Assembly: GCA_013203355.1 (NCBI GenBank)
Contig: JABMQH010000075.1
Span: 1 to 58,309, forward strand
From: Candidatus Omnitrophota bacterium
GTDB lineage: Bacteria; Omnitrophota; Gorgyraeia; JABMQH01
DNA: 58,309 bases
Reading direction: 5' to 3'
Within the stretch, counting starts at the first letter, position 1, and the number at the start of each line of letters is the position of its first letter. Below the pieces are notes generated by a model. It was not told where the DNA came from. It did not search any database and worked only from the letters and a program-made list of their open reading frames with translations. Of the stretch, positions 8,491 to 17,717 are shown piece after piece. A program made the translations under genes and the position numbers.

Positions 8491-10910
8491 ACCTTAACCT
8501 TGCTCTTTTCGGATTTGGTGGTTTTTTTCGTTTCCTTTTTTCTCCCCATCACCACATCCACCCTATGGACCCTTCCATCTTTATGGGGTTTAATAAGATT
8601 CCCGTTCAGTTTTTTACCGTCAAGAATGATTTCCTTCGTGCCCCATTCCACCCCATCAGGATTTTTGATATAAACTTCGTAGACAGCCCCTCTGAACGGC
8701 CGTCTGATAAAGCACTCCTTCCATGCATGTGGCAGGCAAGGATCTATACGGAGGCCTTCCAGTTCTCGTCTGCAGCCTAATATCCACTCGGTAGCTGCTG
8801 TAAACATCCAAGGGGATGTCCCTGTATTCCATGTAAATGCGCCTTCGCCAAACCTATATGTTGACCCCGGCCCGATTATATATTCCGCCCATACGTATGG
8901 CTCAACCTTATATTTATCATGATCCGCTTTTGCGGGGTTCATGGGCATCAATCTATTAAATGTCTCGTATGCCTTATCTCCCCGTTTTATAAAACAGTCG
9001 GAAACAATCTTAAAGGCGCAGGCGTGCGAAAACACGGCCGCGTTTTCCTTTGTCCCTTCCGCAAATGCGGTAACCCTGCCTATGCCCGGATTAAATTTTG
9101 TATAGCTTGGCAAAAACAGGGCCGGGCCATACGGTGTATCCAAATAGTTATCTATCTTGTCTAAAATCTTTTTAAGCCTACTCTTATCTGTCACGACCTC
9201 ACTTAAGATAGCCCATGTTTGACTATTTAGCGGTACCTTCCCCTCTTCATTCTTGCTTGAGCCAATTTTGTAACCTTCATCATTGAAGGCGGCCAGATAC
9301 CAATCGCCATCCCATCCTATCTTGTTTATGATTTCGTACATCTCTTTATAGATCTTGCGCATCTCTTTGACAACTTCTTTATCGCCTAAGAAATTGGCAA
9401 GCTCCTCAACCTGTTTTGCGGCCCTGCATAAGGCCATGCCAAGCCACACGCTCTCACCTTTACCGCCTAAACCCACGTGGTCATAGGCATCATTCCAATC
9501 CGCTTTGAATATCAACGGCAAGCCATGAGACCCCCTGGTCTTGTGTAAATATCGTACGGCCCTCAATATATGTTCATAGACTGTGGCGGATGAACCGTCG
9601 CAAAATTTGTATCCCTTCCTAAGAAATCCCACATCCCCTGTTTCTTTTATATAAGAAACAACACAATAAGGCAGCCATATCGCAACATCCGCCTTGCCGG
9701 TTACCGGCGATTGGTGAAGCGAATCCCATGAACCTTCTGTATCCGAAAAACCAGCAACAGCGTGTCCGTTAGAATACTGATACCTTAAAATCTTTTCCAT
9801 CTTCTTCATGCCGAGTTCCAGATCTAAAGCAAAAAGGCCTTCAGCATCCTGGGCCGTATCCCGATAACCAAGCCCGCCTTCAACGCCATGATACTGTGAT
9901 GTGCCTCTCCAATGGGTAATCGCGCAAAGTTGATATTTTCCCCATACATTCACCATGAGGTCGAAATTTGGATCCGGTGTTTTAACCTTTATCTTCTCAA
10001 TTGCCTGGTTCCAGAAATCTTTTATGTTGGCCATTTCCTTTTTTACTGTCTTTACATCTAAAAATTTCTTCGCCAAGGTACTTATATCGGACTTCTTTTC
10101 AGCAAAACCCAACAGAACCACGAATTCCTTTTCCTCGCCGGGATTTAATTTAAGGTTCGTCTCTAATACCCCGATCATGTCTTCGCCGCGGGTGTCTGTA
10201 TCGGTGCACTTTCCTTTCGAGAGGATGTTTTCAGGTTTTGTTATATCATTATACCTGCCACAGAAGTTTTCCTTTCGCGTATCATATCCCTTTATATCCA
10301 GGCTGGTGGTAAAGAAACTGAAGCTTTCCTTGTGCGTACTTTTGAATCTATGCTTAAAAGACACTATGGAATTTGATTCTTTGTCAAAATAGGCCTCATT
10401 GTAAAGCATCACAATATTTCTATAGCATGCCTCGACTTCAATGTCGCCAGATACGAATTCCACGAATGGGAAAATCTTTAGATTTCTTTTTTTCTTTGAA
10501 TTATTCTTTATTTTAACATGCCACATCTCGACAGGCTCATCCTGGGCAACAAGATATGTGATCTCACCTGCAATACTGCTATGCGTGCAGGAAATCTTCG
10601 AATACCCAAGGCCATGAGTCGCCTCCCACTTGTCTAACGGCTCACAAAACGGCTGCCAGTTTAACGACCATGTTGACTTTTTATCCTCATCCCTTACAAA
10701 GATATATCTTCCGGGTCTGTCGGTAGACAGGTGATCATATCTTAGAATCCTGTTTGTCTTCGGATCCTTGTAGTAACTGAAGCCTCCTCCGGTTCCCGAG
10801 ATAAGCGCGTGGTATACATTATTAAAAAGGTAATTAAACCAGGGCCTCGGCGTATTGGGGTTTGTAATTACATATTCTCTGCCATCTTTTGAAAAATATC
10901 CGTATTTCAT
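8487..10910 (-). CDS. GH94 disaccharide phosphorylase (cellobiose / N,N-diacetylchitobiose phosphorylase type)
   Basis: 807 aa. The N-terminus MKYGYFSKDGREYVITNPNTPRPWFNYL is typical of CBP/ChBP, and YRDTAQDAEG matches the catalytic Asp region. I cannot assign substrate (Glc vs GlcNAc) by eye. Confidence 0.85.
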   Translation of the reverse strand: MKYGYFSKDGREYVITNPNTPRPWFNYLFNNVYHALISGTGGGFSYYKDPKTNRILRYDHLSTDRPGRYIFVRDEDKKSTWSLNWQPFCEPLDKWEATHGLGYSKISCTHSSIAGEITYLVAQDEPVEMWHVKIKNNSKKKRNLKIFPFVEFVSGDIEVEACYRNIVMLYNEAYFDKESNSIVSFKHRFKSTHKESFSFFTTSLDIKGYDTRKENFCGRYNDITKPENILSKGKCTDTDTRGEDMIGVLETNLKLNPGEEKEFVVLLGFAEKKSDISTLAKKFLDVKTVKKEMANIKDFWNQAIEKIKVKTPDPNFDLMVNVWGKYQLCAITHWRGTSQYHGVEGGLGYRDTAQDAEGLFALDLELGMKKMEKILRYQYSNGHAVAGFSDTEGSWDSLHQSPVTGKADVAIWLPYCVVSYIKETGDVGFLRKGYKFCDGSSATVYEHILRAVRYLHKTRGSHGLPLIFKADWNDAYDHVGLGGKGESVWLGMALCRAAKQVEELANFLGDKEVVKEMRKIYKEMYEIINKIGWDGDWYLAAFNDEGYKIGSSKNEEGKVPLNSQTWAILSEVVTDKSRLKKILDKIDNYLDTPYGPALFLPSYTKFNPGIGRVTAFAEGTKENAAVFSHACAFKIVSDCFIKRGDKAYETFNRLMPMNPAKADHDKYKVEPYVWAEYIIGPGSTYRFGEGAFTWNTGTSPWMFTAATEWILGCRRELEGLRIDPCLPHAWKECFIRRPFRGAVYEVYIKNPDGVEWGTKEIILDGKKLNGNLIKPHKDGRVHRVDVVMGRKKETKKTTKSEKSKVKV

Positions 10911-10949
10911 ATGTTCCTATATCCTCCTTATTCTATTATGATGAAATAA

Positions 10950-10998
10950 CCCACCACTAATTTACCTTTAAACTGCGGATCTACGAATTAGTGCTGGG
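10950..10998 (-). other. intergenic stem-loop between the ROK gene and the GH94 gene
   Basis: CCCACCACTAAT (10950-10961) pairs with ATTAGTGCTGGG (10987-10998): 12 bp with one mismatch and a 25-nt loop. There is no clear T-tract, so it could be an attenuator or a processing structure. Confidence 0.35.
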
Positions 10999-11020
10999 TG
11001 AAATCTGTTATTTTTTTGTA

Positions 11021-12223
11021 CTATACCTTACTAAATACACTTCTGATTACCAATGTGGCGGCACCCAGCGCAACAGAGTTGTTGCCGAGTCTGGCGGGAA
11101 TAATCTTTACAACCTCTGCCATCTCTTCAAAGGCCCACTTCTTAACCGACTTCCTTACAGAATCCAATAACAGCGAACCCGCCTGCTCAATCCCGCCGCC
11201 TATCACAACTATATCCGGATTTAACAGATTCACCAAAAAGGCAATCCTTACGCCGAGGGCTCCCCCGGCCTTTTCGATAGCCTCAGTGGCCAATTTATCG
11301 TTTTCCTTTGCAGCTTTAAAAACTATATCTAATGTTATATTTTCCGGCTTACCGGCCATCTTTAAAATCTTGGAGTCGGGGCTTTGCTTGATGCGCTCCT
11401 TAACCTCATCGGGAATTCCAAGGTGTGCGGCCCATGGGCCTAACGCAGAAAGTTTCCCTATCCATAGGTCGGTGGGCTCAAGATGGTCTCTAAGACTTGT
11501 CTCTCCGGCAACGCCTGCGGCACCGCGAAACACCTCACCATTAATAACAATACCGCACCCAACCCCTGAGTACATATAAAGCATAACCTTTGTATCCAAA
11601 TCCAGGCTTAACGCCCATTCACCGTAAGCCGCAGCGGTGGCATCGTTTTCAATAAACGTATCTATGTCAAGTTTCCTCTCAAGCGATAGGTTTATCGGGA
11701 GGAATACACTGGTAGTACCGACTGTGGAATGAACTGTTCCCGCTTCTTTATCCACAAGGCCTGAGGCGGCAACACATATACCTTTTACCTTAGATTTATC
11801 TAACTTAGCGGTCTTTATTACTTCCTCAATGGAACGTGTTATGCAATTAATAATACTCTCCGCATCTTCAGCAGGTCTTTCCTTTTGTGTGCTGGCAATT
11901 ACCTTTGCCTCCAAATCCGTCAGCACAGTCCTGACCCCGTCAAGGGCCAGGTCAACGCCTATAACATGCGCATAGGAACTCTTTAGTTCAATAATTGTGG
12001 GCCGCCTGCCGCCCGTAGAGGAATCATATCCCCTTTCAATGATAAGCCCCTTTTTAATATAATCATTGATATAATTTGACACCGTAACTATATTAAGCCC
12101 TGTGATCCTCGAAATATCAGTTCTGGAAATAGTCTTTCCCCGCCTTATCGATTCTAATATTGCCAAATTCTTTCTCTCGTGATCCGACAAAACGCTTCCA
12201 CTACCATACCCTACACTAACCAT
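11021..12223 (-). CDS. ROK-family transcriptional regulator (NagC/XylR-like)
   Basis: N-terminal wHTH (ISRTDISRITGLNIVTVSNYINDYIKKG) and a ROK glycine-rich signature (SGVGCGIVINGEVFRGAAGVAGE). The usual CxCGxxGC zinc motif is absent. Confidence 0.8.
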   Translation of the reverse strand: MVSVGYGSGSVLSDHERKNLAILESIRRGKTISRTDISRITGLNIVTVSNYINDYIKKGLIIERGYDSSTGGRRPTIIELKSSYAHVIGVDLALDGVRTVLTDLEAKVIASTQKERPAEDAESIINCITRSIEEVIKTAKLDKSKVKGICVAASGLVDKEAGTVHSTVGTTSVFLPINLSLERKLDIDTFIENDATAAAYGEWALSLDLDTKVMLYMYSGVGCGIVINGEVFRGAAGVAGETSLRDHLEPTDLWIGKLSALGPWAAHLGIPDEVKERIKQSPDSKILKMAGKPENITLDIVFKAAKENDKLATEAIEKAGGALGVRIAFLVNLLNPDIVVIGGGIEQAGSLLLDSVRKSVKKWAFEEMAEVVKIIPARLGNNSVALGAATLVIRSVFSKV

Positions 12224-12337
12224 TCTTAACCCCCTTGCGTTAGATGGTATGCACTACGGGTTACTTCTTAAAACGAGAGTGCCTGCCTTCTAAAAGTTTT
12301 TAAAAAGTTTATCGCAATATTGTTATAGGTTTACTAA

Positions 12338-12366
12338 ACTTTATCATAAATCGATTTATAAGTCAA
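12338..12366 (-). promoter_or_regulatory. candidate promoter of the ROK gene, with an operator-like palindrome in the spacer
   Basis: On the minus strand: TTGACT, a 17-nt spacer, then TAAAGT. The spacer contains the perfect 14-bp palindrome ATAAATCGATTTAT (12346-12359). Confidence 0.35.
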
Positions 12367-12390
12367 ATAAAAATAGGCAGGAAGCAGGAA

Positions 12391-13434
12391 TTATAAAGAA
12401 TCGGGCTTTTGGATGCCGAAAAAGGCCTCCCCCAGCGTATCCCAAACGCCCTGGGGGTCATCACTTGCCAGATATGACATGCATCCTGTCCCTAAGTAGC
12501 TCCAGGCAGCAATATTCCGTATGCCCTCTTTATGTGCTGCCATTACTGCTGTCTTGATATCTTTGTGGGTACCTTTTTTTATCCTAAAATTCAAGATCCA
12601 GATCTGGCCTTCTTTGTTGTATTCTTGCGCTAAATCATAAATCTTCTTTGAGAATCCTCGCACTAGACTCCCAACATCTTTTTCTCCAACTTTCCAGTAG
12701 GGGTCGGTCCCGATAATATCTAAAGATTTAATCGCAGCTGCCTTTGACCAATCCATGATCCCGCCAAGGGAACCTTTAAACGGCAGGAAGCAAACCGCGT
12801 TCTTTATAGTTCTCGGTTCTTGGTTCTCGGTTTTTGGTGCTCGGTTTTTGACATATTCGCACATTGTTTTTAAAAAATCGATGATGGAATCCTCTTTGAA
12901 AAGCTTTATATCATCGTTTGATTCAACGGGCATCTCATATCCAAATCTTTTTTTGAATTCCCGACGACAAACTTCGCATCTGCATGCCCAAAGCGTAGAG
13001 TCTCTTTCCATTTGGTCTAAAGGATACAGATAAAAATGGGGTTCATCCCAGAAAAAAACATCCGGTTTTAGCTCAAGCGCGGCATCGATCCAGGAAAGCA
13101 TAAAATCCCTAAACTGCGCATTATTCAAACAGGCAGCCGGAAGGGACTCTCCCTTTGCTGAAATCTCTCTCGCCTCTAAATTCACAGCTACAAATTTTGA
13201 ATAGGCCTCGCCGCCGAACACACCGCCAACAGCCCATGGGTCAACCCAAACCTCAAGTCCCAGGCCATGTGAAATCTCTACGATCTCCTTCATTGTCCCT
13301 TTGTAAAATTCCAAATCCGTCTCACTGAAGGTATGAACAACGAAGTTGCAGTTATGGTCCTTGATATCCTGCATGTCTTCCTTAACATGCCGTTGAATCC
13401 TGGAACCGAAATAGCTCACGCCTGTCTTTAGCAT
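12391..13434 (-). CDS. cytoplasmic GH42-like (clan GH-A) TIM-barrel glycosidase catalytic domain
   Basis: 347 aa with no signal peptide. FFWDEPH sits at the acid/base position, and the Cys cluster CRCEVCRREFKKRFGY resembles the GH42 Zn-site motif CxCxxCxxxF. It is much shorter than a full GH42 enzyme. Confidence 0.4.
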   Translation of the reverse strand: MLKTGVSYFGSRIQRHVKEDMQDIKDHNCNFVVHTFSETDLEFYKGTMKEIVEISHGLGLEVWVDPWAVGGVFGGEAYSKFVAVNLEAREISAKGESLPAACLNNAQFRDFMLSWIDAALELKPDVFFWDEPHFYLYPLDQMERDSTLWACRCEVCRREFKKRFGYEMPVESNDDIKLFKEDSIIDFLKTMCEYVKNRAPKTENQEPRTIKNAVCFLPFKGSLGGIMDWSKAAAIKSLDIIGTDPYWKVGEKDVGSLVRGFSKKIYDLAQEYNKEGQIWILNFRIKKGTHKDIKTAVMAAHKEGIRNIAAWSYLGTGCMSYLASDDPQGVWDTLGEAFFGIQKPDSL

Positions 13435-13481
13435 TTTACCTTCCTTTATTCATATTATAATTATATCTTATCTTCTCCTAT

Positions 13482-13510
13482 TTGACAATAAAGGAATTAT
13501 CTGATATATT
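13482..13510 (+). promoter_or_regulatory. sigma70-type promoter; ATG only 8 nt after the -10 (leaderless transcript predicted)
   Basis: TTGACA (13482-13487), a 17-nt spacer, TATATT (13505-13510), then taaaacaa and ATG at 13519. No Shine-Dalgarno sequence is possible. Confidence 0.6.
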
Positions 13511-13518
13511 TAAAACAA

Positions 13519-15765
13519 ATGAAGCTAATGAAGGCTATCCCCTTAATTATTGCTTTTTTAATCCTGCCAGTTGACACTTGCTGCGCCAAACAAGATAAGG
13601 TCACTCTTACTCTATGGGAATTTAGTGCAAATGAACAGCTGATGCAGAATCTGCTCAGCCGATTCGAGCAAGAAAATCCTGATGTAAAGATAAACCTGCA
13701 ACAACTAACATGGGAATATGGGCTTGATAAATTTATTATAAGTCTCGCCGCAGAAAACGCCCCTGATATATGCGAACTCGGTACAACATGGATCTCAAAA
13801 TTCGCCTCTTCCGGGGTTCTGCTGGACATCACAGATGATATTCAAGATGTAAAAGCAAAATATTTCTTATGGGACTCGGCTACCTACGATAATAAGATTT
13901 ACGGCATACCTTGGTTTGCGGGCACAAGGGTCCTTTTTTACAATAAGGAACTTTTCCTGAATGCCGGACTTGACCCGGAAAAACCTCCTCAAACATGGCA
14001 AGAACTATTAAATGCCGCAAAAAAGATTCACGCCCCAGAGAAAGGGATATGGGGTTTTTCGATATTCGCAGGGGAACCAGAATCCCCCTGGCAAGAATTT
14101 CTCCCCTTTGCCTGGGCCAATGGGGCTTATATCCTAAGTAGAGATTTTAAACAGAGCGCGTTAGATTCCCAGGAAACCCTGCAGGCATTAGAGTTCTATA
14201 AAGAGCTTTCGAAATATTCCTTGATCGAAAGGCAATCACAGGTAAATGAACTTTTTGCGCAAGGACAGGTTGGCATTCAGATATCAGGTGCCTGGAACTT
14301 AAGGTTTATACCCAGGCATAACCCGCAGTTAAATTTTGGAGTAGGGCTTATGCCGACACCGGAGCAAGAAACATCAAACCCATCCGCATTCGCAGGCGGG
14401 GAATTATTTGTAATCACAAAAAATTCCAAGCATCCGGAGGAGGCCTTAAGGTTAATCAAATTCCTAACCAGCAAAGATAACGTAATGAAAGCGGTAAAGA
14501 TCCAGCAAAATGTCATCCCGGCGCAAAAAGAGGCCCTGAGGGACCCCTACTACGAGCACTACCCTGAACAAAAAATATTCTTAACCCAACTCAAAAGCGC
14601 CATAGGCCCGCCGGCTCATCCAAAGTGGATAGAGATGCAAGAACATATAACCCAGCTTGTTGAAGAAACAATTATGAAGGATACCCCTCCCCAGGAGGCA
14701 ATGAAAAATGCCTCACTTAAGATAGATAATTTGTTGAAAAAAGAAACCAAAGAAAGTACAGCCAGCGATAAGATCATAGCGATTGTTGCCGGGATCTTTC
14801 TTTTAATAGCTGTGTTTTTCGTTTATTTAGTAAACAAAATAAAGCGCACGATAAAAAAACCGGCCTCTGCCGGCGCAAAAAGAGAATTAAAACCTTTCCT
14901 TTACCTAAGTCCGTGGCTTGTGATCTTTGTAATCTTCGGTCTTTACCCGATCTTATATTCGTTTATAATAAGTTTTTCAAAATATGACATCCTCAGCTCC
15001 CAATTTAATCTAATCGGGGTACAAAATTATTTGCTTGCGCTCTCTGATAAAAGTTTCCACAGGGCGCTGTGGCATACATTTGTATTCGCCATCGGGACCG
15101 TTCCGTTTACGGTAGGCCTTTCGCTTTTCTGTGCGATTTTGATAAATAGAAAAATTCCCTTCAAGCAACTCTATCAGGCGGGGTTATTTTTGCCGGTTAC
15201 TACCTCTGTCATTGTAATAGCAACGGTCTTTACATACATATACTCACCCCGTGGTCTGGCTAATTTGGCATTAGACTATCTTGGGATCATACACCCGCAA
15301 TCAAGTTGGCTTAACAGTCCGTTAAGCTGGCTTGACATAAGCATACCGCTGCTTAGCATAATGGCTATGAACATCTGGGCAAGTTTTGGCTATTATACAG
15401 TGCTATTTCTAGCCGGACTGCAAACAATACCTGACAGCCTTTATGAAATGGCAAGTCTCGACGGGGCAACAGAGTGGCATAAGTTTAAATATATCACCCT
15501 TCCACAGCTTAAACCGATAATACTTCTTGTTATTGTACTAAATACAATATATTCAATGCAGGTATTCCCTGAGATATTCACAATGACAATGGGCGGACCA
15601 TTGGGCTCAACAACCACCGTAGTATATCATTTATATCAATTAGGGTTCCATAAATTTGATATGGGCATGGCTTCCAGCGTAGCCTATATACTCTCGTTTA
15701 TAATAATCGCGTTCTCGCTCTTACAAATGCGCTTGCTTAAAAGTGAAGAAAAATTAGAAGAATGA
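13519..15765 (+). CDS. CUT1 sugar ABC transporter: solute-binding protein fused to a MalF-type permease
   Basis: aa 1-410 form a family-1 extracellular solute-binding domain (signal/lipobox-like start, WEYGLDKF, GIPWFAGTRVLFYN). An extra TM helix follows at about aa 418-437. Then comes a 6-TM permease with the EAA-type loop (ASLDGATEWHKFKYITLPQLKP). Confidence 0.8.
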   Translation: MKLMKAIPLIIAFLILPVDTCCAKQDKVTLTLWEFSANEQLMQNLLSRFEQENPDVKINLQQLTWEYGLDKFIISLAAENAPDICELGTTWISKFASSGVLLDITDDIQDVKAKYFLWDSATYDNKIYGIPWFAGTRVLFYNKELFLNAGLDPEKPPQTWQELLNAAKKIHAPEKGIWGFSIFAGEPESPWQEFLPFAWANGAYILSRDFKQSALDSQETLQALEFYKELSKYSLIERQSQVNELFAQGQVGIQISGAWNLRFIPRHNPQLNFGVGLMPTPEQETSNPSAFAGGELFVITKNSKHPEEALRLIKFLTSKDNVMKAVKIQQNVIPAQKEALRDPYYEHYPEQKIFLTQLKSAIGPPAHPKWIEMQEHITQLVEETIMKDTPPQEAMKNASLKIDNLLKKETKESTASDKIIAIVAGIFLLIAVFFVYLVNKIKRTIKKPASAGAKRELKPFLYLSPWLVIFVIFGLYPILYSFIISFSKYDILSSQFNLIGVQNYLLALSDKSFHRALWHTFVFAIGTVPFTVGLSLFCAILINRKIPFKQLYQAGLFLPVTTSVIVIATVFTYIYSPRGLANLALDYLGIIHPQSSWLNSPLSWLDISIPLLSIMAMNIWASFGYYTVLFLAGLQTIPDSLYEMASLDGATEWHKFKYITLPQLKPIILLVIVLNTIYSMQVFPEIFTMTMGGPLGSTTTVVYHLYQLGFHKFDMGMASSVAYILSFIIIAFSLLQMRLLKSEEKLEE

Positions 15766-16922
15766 AAAAAACAAAAGTTGTAAATTCAATAGTGGTCTTT
15801 TCACTGCTCGTGCTTGTAATGTTAACCTTAACACCTCTTGTTTTAATGTTTCATGCTTCATTCAAGCCTGTCGGTACCCTGACCAAAGAGACCAGGGAAG
15901 TTAAATTGTATCCCATAAATAAGTCTAAAAATATCTGGTCGCTAAGGCTCAATCAGGATGTACGAAAGTTCTCTACAATAAACCTTTTGGTTAAGGGCAG
16001 TCGCGGTGGCGAACAATTTAAGATTATATTCCACGATATTAGTGGAAGGACGTGTGCTATGGATTCAAGCAGATATTTAAAAAATGGATTATCGCAGCAT
16101 GCGGCTATCCTTAGAATACCCACAAAAGATTTCAGCATACATGCCTTGAATCCTGGCCTTCCCGAGAAGATCGCGGAATTCATCACAATAAGGCCGAATA
16201 ATAAGGACGATTCCATCTTTATCGACGAGTTAACACTTGACATAAAAAGATTTACCTTAGCAAATTTTATAGATGTACTAACAAGCGGGCATTTCGGAAG
16301 GTATTTCTTCAACAGCACCCTAATTGCCATAATCATAACTCTGGGAAATATTTTCTTCTGTACGGTTGTAGGTTATACCTTTGCCAGGAAGGATTTTGCC
16401 TTCAAAAAGCTTCTATTCATGCTCATCCTGGCAAGCATAATGATCCCGCCCCAGGTATTGATTGTCCCGATATTTATACTGATGAAAAACCTCGGATGGC
16501 TAAACACATATTTTGCGCTTATTGTACCTTCTATGGTTCAGCCGTTTGGGATATTTTTGATGAAACAGTATATATCCAGGCTTCCTACATCTTTAGAGGA
16601 TCAGGCCCGGGTGGACGGGGCGACAGAGAGGCAGATACTTTTTAAGATAATATTCCCACTTTCAAAACCTGCACTGGCAATCATAGGGATAACTACATTT
16701 ATGGGCGCTTGGAATACATTCCTTTTCCCCTTTATCCTGACAAACACCACGCGGATGAGAACACTCCCAGTGGGTCTTGCCCTGTTTAAAAATCTTCAAG
16801 GCGCGGATTGGGTTCATCTTATGGCAGGTTCTAGCCTTACTGCGCTGCCTGTAATCCTTGTATTCTTGGGATTTCAGAAATACATAATTGCGGGTTTAAC
16901 AACGGGGTTGGTTAAGCGATAG
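15762..16922 (+). CDS. CUT1 sugar ABC transporter permease (MalG type) with an inserted extracytoplasmic domain of about 130 aa
   Basis: EAA loop QARVDGATERQILFKIIFPLSKPA. The loop between TM1 and TM2 (aa ~40-170) is enlarged and resembles the CBM-like module of the 37.9-42.9 kb operon. It overlaps the upstream gene by 4 nt. No ATPase gene is present in the window. Confidence 0.8.
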   Translation: MKKTKVVNSIVVFSLLVLVMLTLTPLVLMFHASFKPVGTLTKETREVKLYPINKSKNIWSLRLNQDVRKFSTINLLVKGSRGGEQFKIIFHDISGRTCAMDSSRYLKNGLSQHAAILRIPTKDFSIHALNPGLPEKIAEFITIRPNNKDDSIFIDELTLDIKRFTLANFIDVLTSGHFGRYFFNSTLIAIIITLGNIFFCTVVGYTFARKDFAFKKLLFMLILASIMIPPQVLIVPIFILMKNLGWLNTYFALIVPSMVQPFGIFLMKQYISRLPTSLEDQARVDGATERQILFKIIFPLSKPALAIIGITTFMGAWNTFLFPFILTNTTRMRTLPVGLALFKNLQGADWVHLMAGSSLTALPVILVFLGFQKYIIAGLTTGLVKR

Positions 16923-16924
16923 GG

Positions 16925-17707
16925 TTAATCTATATCAACCCATTCGGTCTTGGCCTTGTTCCACTCTTGAATTGTATGGCCGCGATCTTCAAAAAACTTT
17001 CTTATCTGGGCCTCGTCATACCTTAAGATATCCTCCAAAATCGGAACAAGCACACTCAAGGCATCTTCTGAGATCATAGAGCGCTTGCATATATGCCCCA
17101 TGTATGGAGTAAGGGAAACGGATATTGTATACCCCTGGTAGGAAAGGACGTGCAGCATAACATGCATATCCGAGGCGCCATCCCCAACATAAATAATCCT
17201 ATGCCTGGGTATCCTCTCCTTGGCCTTTAGTATGTCCAGGGTGGCAACCTTGGCGTGCCCTGCACCGGTATGTTCTATATCAACAGCAATATCATTCTTA
17301 TCAAAAATGAACTTGGTTCCAAAAATATGATCAGCCGGCAAGATCCCTTCAAGGGCCTTCTCTACAATTTCCTGCGGTCCTGCCGAGAGTACATAAAAAG
17401 AAAATTTCCTCCCGTTAAAACCATCCGTTAATACCTTGGCTAAGTCTGCGACGTTCTTCTTCAGCCTTGTCTCTTGTCCGGCTTCACGTAGGATCTTTTT
17501 TGAAACCTTACCTTTATATGCGGGGTCATTTACGATAAGATGCGCCAGCTCTCCGCCAAGCTGAGAGATGTTTCTTTTCTGGGTCCTCTCCGTCTTTTCC
17601 GTGAATTCCTTCTGCGAAATGCCCAGCTTCGAGCTCAAGATAACGCCGGCATCGTCTATGCTTAGCGTCTTGTCAAAATCTGAAACAAATAGATATCTTC
17701 GTACCAT
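16925..17707 (-). CDS. HAD-superfamily hydrolase
   Basis: DFDKT motif I (LFVSDFDKTLS), a motif III/IV-like VGDGASDMHV, and 260 aa. Confidence 0.6.
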   Translation of the reverse strand: MVRRYLFVSDFDKTLSIDDAGVILSSKLGISQKEFTEKTERTQKRNISQLGGELAHLIVNDPAYKGKVSKKILREAGQETRLKKNVADLAKVLTDGFNGRKFSFYVLSAGPQEIVEKALEGILPADHIFGTKFIFDKNDIAVDIEHTGAGHAKVATLDILKAKERIPRHRIIYVGDGASDMHVMLHVLSYQGYTISVSLTPYMGHICKRSMISEDALSVLVPILEDILRYDEAQIRKFFEDRGHTIQEWNKAKTEWVDID

Positions 17708-17717
17708 CCAACCATTC

